Origin: Promethearchaeota archaeon
Lineage (GTDB): Archaea > Asgardarchaeota > Lokiarchaeia > Sigyniarchaeales > SOKP01
Assembly (NCBI GenBank): GCA_004524535.1
Contig: SDNY01000076.1
Location: 1 to 16,806 of the forward strand
Direction of reading: 5' to 3'
DNA: 16,806 nucleotides
Positions within the stretch are counted from its first letter, which is position 1. Each line of letters starts with the position of its first letter. Positions 1 to 7,288 of the stretch are shown here, piece by piece. Under the pieces are notes generated by a model. The model made no database searches and was not told the origin of the DNA. It saw nothing but the letters and a program-made list of their open reading frames with translations. Made by a program: the position numbers and the translations under genes.

Positions 1-914
1 GTTTTTATTTTTATAAGACCAACGTCTTTATGCTTAGTCATATAGCTAATTATATTCCCACACATGGAGCCCATCGTTATGAATGCTGTCTTTGAAGTAT
101 TATCCAAATTAAAAGTTCTAATTGATCTGTATTGTCTGCCCGTAGCTTTTTCAAATCTTTTGTAAACATCGTCCATTATGCCTAAAACGGGCTTTTTTGC
201 TTCTTCTAGATTCATTCTTCCCTCCATAAAGAAGCTAGGAGTAACAATTCCGCCCCACGTTCCAGGTTCTTTTGGATTAATCGTTTTTCTTTTCTTCTTA
301 GGTGTCATATTTTTCACTACTTCGTCAGGAATAAGAGTTAAATTCTGAACAGAGTGAGATATTATAAAACCATCATGAACAAACATCGTTGGAAATAAGG
401 AATCCTCTGAGATCATTACAGAAAGAATCGCAGCATCATATGTCTCTTGGACATTTTCAGATACAATGCAATTCCATCCGAGTTCAGAGTTAGTCATCGT
501 AAATTCCCAACTATTCCAAATTGATAAATTTGGAGAGTTGAATGCTCTTGCTGAGATCATCATAGTAAGAGGGACTCTCCATCCTACAGCCATAGGTAAT
601 GCTTCAGTCATTAATAAATACCCCTGAGAAGCTGTTGCTGTAAAAGTTCTAGCCCCCGCAGCACATGCAGCTGTTGAATAACTTATTGCAGCTAATTCAG
701 ATTCGACATTTACAAAGGCTGCTTTTAATCTTCCTTGATGAACTACATCAGATAAACCTTCTACTGATTGAGTTTGTGGTGTAATTGGAAAAGCACAAAT
801 TACATCCGGATCTGTTTGAGTCACACCACCCGCAACAGCATAATTTCCTATCATAGTGGTTTCAGTAGGTTCTTTAATCTCTTTGAAAAAAATCTTCATT
901 GGTTCTATTGACAT
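1..914 (-). CDS. porA: Pyruvate/2-ketoisovalerate-type 2-oxoacid:ferredoxin oxidoreductase alpha subunit (truncated by window edge)
   Basis: Not in the ORF track; translated by hand from ATG at 914: MSIEPMKIFFKEIKEPTETTMIGNYAVAGG...DVICAFPITPQTQSVE...VESELAAIS...GARTFTATASQGYLLMTE...SARAF...HDGFIISHS. These match POR alpha motifs (GNxA, [Y/F]PITPQT, ESE, TATASQG, DGF). The frame is open to the edge and starts 2 nt after the upstream stop. Confidence 0.9.
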   Translation of the reverse strand, partial: MSIEPMKIFFKEIKEPTETTMIGNYAVAGGVTQTDPDVICAFPITPQTQSVEGLSDVVHQGRLKAAFVNVESELAAISYSTAACAAGARTFTATASQGYLLMTEALPMAVGWRVPLTMMISARAFNSPNLSIWNSWEFTMTNSELGWNCIVSENVQETYDAAILSVMISEDSLFPTMFVHDGFIISHSVQNLTLIPDEVVKNMTPKKKRKTINPKEPGTWGGIVTPSFFMEGRMNLEEAKKPVLGIMDDVYKRFEKATGRQYRSIRTFNLDNTSKTAFITMGSMCGNIISYMTKHKDVGLIKIK

Positions 915-916
915 TT

Positions 917-1915
917 TTAATTACCTCCATTTTCTTCAGGTACAGCACAAGATGCTGGACCTTGTTTTGATCGTTTACTAATAGCGTTAACGGGACAAAT
1001 CTCCAAGCAATTTTGACATGATTTACAGTGGTATACGTCAATTCCAGCCATATGATATAAACCGTCATCTCCCTTTTCTCGTAGAATTGCAAAATCAGGA
1101 CAAATAAACCAACATTGAGCACAGTCAGTACATTTTTCCTTATCCCAAATCATTTCCCATTCGCCCCATGAACCAGTATTTACTTGATCACTTCCAACTT
1201 TTATGACATTTTCATCGCAGTACCACACTCCAGCCTTGTCTAATTCTTTATATCCTGGCAAACCTAGCTCAACTTGTTGCCAAGGAACTTTTGTATCTTT
1301 TGAAAAGTCAAGTTCAATATTGACTTCATATAAACATGTTTCTTCAATAGCTTGCTTAATTGCGGCAATATTTTTTGCTGCTATTTCACCTTTAAATCGT
1401 CTCATAATCGCATCTGATAAATCCTCAAGAGAGAACAAGTGAGAAACTCTAATTAGAGCACCTAGAATGATTGTATTTGTTATATTTCTGCCTAAAATTT
1501 CCATAGCAATATTAGTAGCATCGATTGTAGCGATGTTTAAATCCTTTCTTTTAACGAGATCTTGGATTTCTAATTGATTCATGACAGTATTTACAATCAA
1601 CCAACCCCCTTGAGGCATACCAGCGGTAACGTCCACTTCTGCAAGTAAAGAAGGATCTAATACAGAAACAAAATGAGGACCATATACTTGTTCATTTGAT
1701 CGTATTAAATCATAATCAAACGAAAGACGAACATAACTCTCTGTCGGACTCCCCGCTCGTTCCGCTCCAAATTTAGGCTGGCAAATTCCACGACCCTTGA
1801 ACGCTTCTACGCATAAGTTAGAAGCAGTAACGCCTCCTTGTCCACCTCTTGCATGGAATCGAAGATTAACGCATTGGTTCTTTAAAATATCATTAACATA
1901 TTCTTGAGTTAACAT
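917..1915 (-). CDS. Fused 2-oxoacid:ferredoxin oxidoreductase gamma subunit and delta (2x[4Fe-4S]) subunit
   Basis: N-terminal RFHARGGQGGVTAS, FGAERAGSP, IDATNIA, TNTIILGAL (PorG-like). C-terminal NTGSW, CTDCAQCWFICP, CKSCQNCLEICP (PorD-like). Directly upstream of porA. Confidence 0.88.
   Translation of the reverse strand: MLTQEYVNDILKNQCVNLRFHARGGQGGVTASNLCVEAFKGRGICQPKFGAERAGSPTESYVRLSFDYDLIRSNEQVYGPHFVSVLDPSLLAEVDVTAGMPQGGWLIVNTVMNQLEIQDLVKRKDLNIATIDATNIAMEILGRNITNTIILGALIRVSHLFSLEDLSDAIMRRFKGEIAAKNIAAIKQAIEETCLYEVNIELDFSKDTKVPWQQVELGLPGYKELDKAGVWYCDENVIKVGSDQVNTGSWGEWEMIWDKEKCTDCAQCWFICPDFAILREKGDDGLYHMAGIDVYHCKSCQNCLEICPVNAISKRSKQGPASCAVPEENGGN
923..928 (-). promoter_or_regulatory. Shine-Dalgarno-like site for porA
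   Basis: GGAGGT on the minus strand, 8 nt before the ATG at 914, inside the last codons of the upstream gene. Confidence 0.6.
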
Positions 1916-2081
1916 TTTTTTGAAAATTCCATTATTTTTTCTATAATCTTGGAATACTTTACTTTGTAATTTATAATTATTATAAATATCTTACTTTATA
2001 ATTTAAAGATCTTAGACTTTTTTATCTATGGAATTTAAAAATAGGATTTGATAAAGTTTTGTTTTTCAAGGATTATTAACT

Positions 2082-2597
2082 TTAAAGATCCTTATTATCA
2101 ATTTTATCAACTTCTTTAACATAATCTGGTTTAAATTTAGTTTTTAATAAGTTGGCATTACCAGAAGCAATTAATTTCCCATCTACTTTATAGATTTGTG
2201 AAATCGCATTTACGATATTTTTGCCCTCTCGAATAATTTTTCCAATAACTCGAATTTTTTCACCAATTTTGGCTTTTCCTAAGTAATCAATGTGAAAATC
2301 TATCGAGATTAGAAACCCTTCATAACCTAAAGTTGCCGTTGTTATTCCAATAGCGTCATCCATTAATCCACATTGCATTCCGCCGTGAAGTAACCCTGTA
2401 GGATTACCCCATTCAGGTCGAATCTCGAATTCTAGCTCAACCTCACCTCTTTTAGCGGAAATTATTACACCATTCAACCATTTAGTAAAAGGAGGAATAG
2501 GTCCAGGAGCATCTCCAATATTTTTACCTTTAAATGCGTTAAAAAGATTAATAATTCTATCAGATCTTTCTTCGATTTTTCTATCTTCTTCGGTCAA
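2082..2597 (-). CDS. PaaI-family hotdog-fold acyl-CoA thioesterase
   Basis: NPTGLLHGGMQCGLMDDAIG motif, SIDFHIDYL strand, REGKNI, GKLIASG. TTG start, exact start uncertain. Confidence 0.85.
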   Translation of the reverse strand: MTEEDRKIEERSDRIINLFNAFKGKNIGDAPGPIPPFTKWLNGVIISAKRGEVELEFEIRPEWGNPTGLLHGGMQCGLMDDAIGITTATLGYEGFLISIDFHIDYLGKAKIGEKIRVIGKIIREGKNIVNAISQIYKVDGKLIASGNANLLKTKFKPDYVKEVDKIDNKDL

Positions 2598-2783
2598 ACG
2601 AATCCCATATTAATGAATTATATTATTTTTAAAACTAGTAATTGTTTATAATTAAACTCTTGGAATACCTATGTGGTTTGTTTAAAACGCTCAGTCATGA
2701 GCGGGAGAAGATAAAATATATATTTTTATTGTTTTAACTATTTTCTTTATTAAAATTAGCAAATAATTAATTTTTTAGTTTAA

Positions 2784-4220
2784 ATGACACATTTCGAGAC
2801 TTCTGACATAGATGTAAAAGATATATCTTTTATTAATAATATTAAATCCATGGCAGTTATAGGAACTTCGAAAAAAAGAAATTTCTTCTTTTTTAGAAAT
2901 CATGCTGAGAACTTCAAAGGAAAATTATACGCAGTAAACCCAAGCATAAAAGAAATCCCTGGATTCGATAAAAATATAATCTATCCTTCATTAAATGCTA
3001 TTCCTGGTGAGGTTGATTTTGTTTTCATAACAGTTCCACCCTCAAAAATTTTAGAAGTAATGGATGAGTGTGTCGAAAAAGGTGTAAAATTGGCTAGTGT
3101 TTTTACTGCAGAATTCTCTGACTCTGGAACAGAAGAAGGGAGAAAACTTGAAAGAGAATTAATAAGAAGGGCTAAAAATAAAGTGAGACTATTAGGCCCT
3201 AATGGACTTGGTTTATATTATCCAAAATTAGGTATTGCATGGAGGCCGAAATTCTCGGCAGAGAGCGGTGATATAGCATTTCTAGCTCAGAGCGGAGGAA
3301 TATGTAATTTAATCATCTACGGTGGAAATCAGTTAGGATTGCATTTTAGTAAAGTATTCTCTTTTGGAAATGGTACTGACTTAGATTTTGTTGATTTGCT
3401 CTATTTTCTAATTAATGACCCCGAGACCAAGATAATATTGTGTTATATTGAGGGAATTAAAAAAGAGAGAGGGCTTGAATTAAAAAAAATCCTAAAACAA
3501 AACAAAAAACCTATTGCGATTGTAAGAGGTGGCCAAACTGAAACTGGTTCAATTGCTGCAAAAACACATACAGCGACGCTATCGGGAGAGAATCATATAT
3601 GGAACGCGATTTTTACACAATATAATATTATTGAATTGGATTCTATCGAACAATTGCTATCTTTTGCCTATTTAATAGAATTATATGGTCTTTTTGATCT
3701 AAAAAATCTAGCAGTAATTAGCAGCAGTGGAGGCTATGGCGTTATATTAGTTGACCTAATTGAAAAAGCAGGAATGAAAGTCCCTCCCTTCAGCCCTGAT
3801 ATTCAAAAACAAATAACACAACTTTTTCATACACTTGGAACAAGCTCTAAGAATCCATTAGATGTTTCTGCACAGGTTTTCAATAGTGAAACTTTTTACA
3901 AAATTATTGATTGCGCATTAACAGATACAAATATAGATGGAATAATAGTAGATTTACCAAGCTTTTATTTCAACAGTGATTTATCCTTTAGGACTCGATT
4001 AGACAAAGCTTTTGAGGATGAAATGATTGAGGCCTTAACATTAGGTCATACACATAAAAAACCTTTAATTCCAATCATTAAACGAATTAATTGTCCTGAA
4101 GATTGGAAGAGACTTCTAAAAAAATTATCTGAAAGGAATATTCCCGTATTTGAAGATCCACATGAATTTATACCTATATTACCTAAAATCTCAAAATATA
4201 TTAGAAACAACAAAAACTAA
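2784..4220 (+). CDS. Acyl-CoA synthetase (NDP-forming) alpha-subunit-like protein
   Basis: CoA-binding domain (AVIGTS, YAVNP, VDFVFITVP), LLGPNGLG, AQSGG, SFGNGTD, YIEG, phospho-His motif KTHTATL, SSSGG and NPLD. No ATP-grasp domain. Confidence 0.85.
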   Translation: MTHFETSDIDVKDISFINNIKSMAVIGTSKKRNFFFFRNHAENFKGKLYAVNPSIKEIPGFDKNIIYPSLNAIPGEVDFVFITVPPSKILEVMDECVEKGVKLASVFTAEFSDSGTEEGRKLERELIRRAKNKVRLLGPNGLGLYYPKLGIAWRPKFSAESGDIAFLAQSGGICNLIIYGGNQLGLHFSKVFSFGNGTDLDFVDLLYFLINDPETKIILCYIEGIKKERGLELKKILKQNKKPIAIVRGGQTETGSIAAKTHTATLSGENHIWNAIFTQYNIIELDSIEQLLSFAYLIELYGLFDLKNLAVISSSGGYGVILVDLIEKAGMKVPPFSPDIQKQITQLFHTLGTSSKNPLDVSAQVFNSETFYKIIDCALTDTNIDGIIVDLPSFYFNSDLSFRTRLDKAFEDEMIEALTLGHTHKKPLIPIIKRINCPEDWKRLLKKLSERNIPVFEDPHEFIPILPKISKYIRNNKN

Positions 4221-4335
4221 AAGAAACCATTATATATACAAATTCAAATTTTAATAATATGTAGTAAGAAATATTATTCAATCAATTTATTGAAATTTCT
4301 TCTTAATTGAGTTTATTAATTAATACCAATCTATT

Positions 4336-4361
4336 AGTAATACTTTTATATACGTATTACT
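4336..4361 (+). promoter_or_regulatory. Putative TATA box flanked by an 8-bp inverted repeat (candidate VapBC operator)
   Basis: AGTAATAC (4336-4343), TTTTATATAC, GTATTACT (4354-4361). The TATA-like core lies about 30 nt upstream of the ATG at 4382. Confidence 0.6.
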
Positions 4362-4381
4362 TTTATTTATACTGATGAAAT

Positions 4382-4618
4382 ATGCCTACTATTAGTGTTA
4401 GAATTGATCTTGAATTAAAAAAAGAGATGGATAAGCTTAAACGTCTTAACTGGAGTGAAATAATACGCAAAGCAATTAAAAATGAAATACAAAATGAGAT
4501 GGAAAAGAATTTAGCTAAAGCTATCTTGATTAACGAAAAGATTTGTAAAAAAGCTCCAGAAGACTTCAATAGTGTAGAATTGATTCGTCGTTTTAGAGAA
4601 GAAAGATATTCCAAATAG
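4382..4618 (+). CDS. vapB: VapB-type antitoxin, ribbon-helix-helix
   Basis: 78 aa, MPTISVRIDLELKKEMD...INWSE-like LNWSEIIRKAI RHH pattern, C-terminal SVELIRRFREER. Immediately upstream of a PIN gene. Confidence 0.8.
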   Translation: MPTISVRIDLELKKEMDKLKRLNWSEIIRKAIKNEIQNEMEKNLAKAILINEKICKKAPEDFNSVELIRRFREERYSK

Positions 4619-4637
4619 ATTATAAGTGAATAAATTT

Positions 4638-5075
4638 ATGAAACAAATAATTGTTGATGCTAATGTTGTTGTCAAGTGGTTCATAGAGGAAAAAGATTCT
4701 GTTAAAGCCAAGATTCTACGAACTAAATTTATAGATGGTGAAATTGAATTAATTGTACCTTCTTTATTATTCTTTGAGGTATTAAATGCTTTAAAATATA
4801 GTAAATTATTTAATCTAGCTGAGCTTAATGAGGCGGGAGAAAGTTTAGAAAATTATGGATTTAATGTAATTACAATAAAAAAAGAAATACGTGAACAAAT
4901 GATTAAAATTGCTATTGAGCATGATATGTCTATATATGATGCATCATATCTCGGATTAAGTATAACAATGGGAGGTATTTTTTATACAGCGGATGATAAA
5001 ATTATTAAAAAGCTTCCTAAGAGATTAAAAAAATATGTAAAAAATTTAAACCAAATTGAAGAAATTTTCAACTAA
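4638..5075 (+). CDS. vapC: VapC-family PIN-domain toxin/ribonuclease
   Basis: IIVDANVVVKW, FEVLNAL, SIYDASYL, FYTAD acidic PIN motifs. ATG at 4638 preferred over GTG at 4626. Confidence 0.88.
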   Translation: MKQIIVDANVVVKWFIEEKDSVKAKILRTKFIDGEIELIVPSLLFFEVLNALKYSKLFNLAELNEAGESLENYGFNVITIKKEIREQMIKIAIEHDMSIYDASYLGLSITMGGIFYTADDKIIKKLPKRLKKYVKNLNQIEEIFN

Positions 5076-5178
5076 TTTTTAAGTAAAAGATCTAAGTTTT
5101 ATCCAAATAAGTAAATGGAACTATAATCCTTAATATTATAGCCCCAAATTTTTAATATTTTTAAACATTTTGATTGTT

Positions 5179-5616
5179 ATGAGTTTTGGTGGTAGAGGCA
5201 GAGGAGGAAGAAGAAGCGGAGGCAGAGGACTGGGTCCCTCAGGATTTTGTCAATGCCTTAAATGCGGTAGAAATGAGCCACATCGACCCGGTGTTCCATG
5301 TAATCAAACAAAATGTCCTGAATGTGGCAGTCCAATGATGAGACAAGCAACAAATCAAGATTTTTCAAGAAATATCCAAGTTCCTATTCAAAATCCAGGT
5401 GTAAATCAACTAACTACTTCAAATATGCGAAATAATATACAAAAGAACTCCCTACCTGTCATAGATACGGATAAATGTGATGGTTGTTCTGAATGTGTTA
5501 TTCAATGCCCAAATGATGCAATCAGTATAATAAACTTTAAGGCGGTAATCAATCTTCTTAAATGCAAAAATTGTAGAAATTGCGAAAATGCTTGTCCAGT
5601 TAATGCAATCCATTAA
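5179..5616 (+). CDS. Gly/Arg-rich, Cys/His metal-binding domain fused to a 2x[4Fe-4S] ferredoxin
   Basis: GGRGRGGRRSGGRG, then CQCLKC...H...C...CPEC, a Q/N-rich linker, then CDGCSECVIQCP and CKNCRNCENACP. ATG at 5179 preferred over TTG at 5170. Confidence 0.8.
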   Translation: MSFGGRGRGGRRSGGRGLGPSGFCQCLKCGRNEPHRPGVPCNQTKCPECGSPMMRQATNQDFSRNIQVPIQNPGVNQLTTSNMRNNIQKNSLPVIDTDKCDGCSECVIQCPNDAISIINFKAVINLLKCKNCRNCENACPVNAIH

Positions 5617-5650
5617 TTAAAATTATAACTACTTTCTCCTTTTTAATATA

Positions 5651-6004
5651 TTAAATAGGTTCGAAAATATGAGTATAAACTTCACTGCCATCCAAATTTT
5701 CACATATTTTTTTATAAATAGGTTTTAATTTCATTCCAATTTCAAGATCTTCTTTTGACGAGATTTGCCCCAGCGCTCTTATTCCATTTTCGAACTCTAC
5801 AATTCCCAGCGCAAGGGACTTTTGATTTCTAAACTCTGCTGGAGGTGCATTTAAAATAGTATAACTCAATAAATTACAAACACTTGAAGTTTCTACTAAT
5901 ATAAAGTCTTTACTTTTACATTTTAAACATCTTAAATGGGTCGGATATTGTAAAAATCCACAATTATTACATTTTTTCCATTCTATTCTTTCTTTACTAT
6001 TCAT
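5651..6004 (-). CDS. DUF35 Zn-ribbon/OB-fold protein (thiolase partner)
   Basis: CNNCG...P...CLKC Zn ribbon, then SYT...PPAEF...LGIVEFENG...LEIGMKL OB-fold pattern. Starts 6 nt after the thiolase-like gene. Confidence 0.88.
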   Translation of the reverse strand: MNSKERIEWKKCNNCGFLQYPTHLRCLKCKSKDFILVETSSVCNLLSYTILNAPPAEFRNQKSLALGIVEFENGIRALGQISSKEDLEIGMKLKPIYKKICENLDGSEVYTHIFEPI

Positions 6005-6010
6005 TAAGGA

Positions 6011-7174
6011 TCACATCCTCTCAACTAAAATCGATACAATATTATTCCCAAATCCTCCAAAATTGCAAGTAATACCTGTATCCGCATCTGCGACTTGTCG
6101 CTTGCCAGCTTCCCCTCTTAATTGCCATACTAATTCTATAACTTGAGCAACACCAGTCGCCCCGAGTGGATGACCTCTTGCCTTTAAACCGCCTGAAGGG
6201 TTAATGGGTATTTTTCCGCCAATTTCTGTTAAGCCTTCATGAGCAGCTTTTGCCCCTTCTCCTTTCTTGAAAAATCCAATGTCTTCGCTTTGTATAGCTT
6301 CAAGGATAGTGAATGCGTCATGAGCTTCAAAAACATCGATATCATTAGGCGTTTTTTTTGCCATATCGTAGGCTTGTTTTGAGCAAATTCGCAAAGCATT
6401 TAAGACTGTAACATCTTCTCGCTCATAAATTATATGTGTATCTGTTGCTTGACCAACTCCTGTAATTAGAATAGGAGAATCACAATATTTTTTGGCGATG
6501 TTCGCATCACACATTACAATTGCAGCAGCGCCATCCGAAATTGGACATATATCATATAATTGTAAGGGATCAGCAATAATTGGAGATTCCATTGCTTTTT
6601 TAAGTGTAATTTCTTTTTGGAAATGAGCATAAGGATTATTCAAACCATTTCTGTGATTTTTTACTGCGATACTGGTAATCCATTCTTTGGGAACATTATA
6701 TTTTTCCATATAACTTCGAGTTAATAATCCCGCAAATGATGGAAGGGAAGCCCCATGAATTCGTTCTGCATTATGATGAGTCATTGTAGCCACAGCTGAG
6801 GTAACACCACCTGGAAGAGTAATATGTGTCATTTTCTCTGCCCCTGAGACTAAAACTAATTCACAGGCTCCTGAAGCAATAGCATAAAATGCGTTCTTTA
6901 TTGCCGATCCCCCAGATGCAGGGCCATTCTTGATATGATCAGCAGCAGCTGGGAGTAGACCAATTCTATCTACCAGAGCACTAGCAACTCCTGTCATATG
7001 ATTTAACGTCTCAGCAAGCATGGAAGCTACATATACAGAATCGAAATCTGTATTACTTGTGTTTGAGTCCTCTATAGCTTCCAATGAAGCCTCGCATAGT
7101 AAATCCAATAAACTTTTATCATTTAATCGACCAAATTTAGTATGCCCCACACCAATTATTGCTACTTCTCTCAT
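6011..7174 (-). CDS. Thiolase-superfamily protein (SCP2/archaeal type) lacking the nucleophilic Cys
   Basis: VAIIGVG.TKFG, GAEKM, KNH.NG..NPYA, PISDGAAA, EAHDAFT, NPSGGLKARGHPLGATG. NGPASGG replaces the usual xACASG. ATG at 7174 preferred over GTG at 7183. Confidence 0.9.
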   Translation of the reverse strand: MREVAIIGVGHTKFGRLNDKSLLDLLCEASLEAIEDSNTSNTDFDSVYVASMLAETLNHMTGVASALVDRIGLLPAAADHIKNGPASGGSAIKNAFYAIASGACELVLVSGAEKMTHITLPGGVTSAVATMTHHNAERIHGASLPSFAGLLTRSYMEKYNVPKEWITSIAVKNHRNGLNNPYAHFQKEITLKKAMESPIIADPLQLYDICPISDGAAAIVMCDANIAKKYCDSPILITGVGQATDTHIIYEREDVTVLNALRICSKQAYDMAKKTPNDIDVFEAHDAFTILEAIQSEDIGFFKKGEGAKAAHEGLTEIGGKIPINPSGGLKARGHPLGATGVAQVIELVWQLRGEAGKRQVADADTGITCNFGGFGNNIVSILVERM

Positions 7175-7288
7175 AATAAACACAAATTTTTACTAAAAAT
7201 TAAAAATAGTTAATTTTTGAATTTATTCAATTCTACTTTTAAATTCTAATATGTTTTCAAATTTTAACACTATCATTATTAAAACATA

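Noticed and set aside
874-1442. ORFs 874..1122 (-) and 1203..1442 (+)
   Set aside because: Alternative-frame or antisense shadows of the gamma-delta and porA genes, with no motifs.
4363-4711. Antisense ORFs 4363..4614 and 4511..4711
   Set aside because: They lie opposite the well-supported vapBC genes; their hydrophobicity reflects the complement of A-rich codons.
7185-7201. AATTTTTA-C-TAAAAATT palindrome upstream of the thiolase-like gene, and a similar A/T palindrome at 2713-2726
   Set aside because: A/T-only arms in extremely AT-rich spacers are expected by chance.
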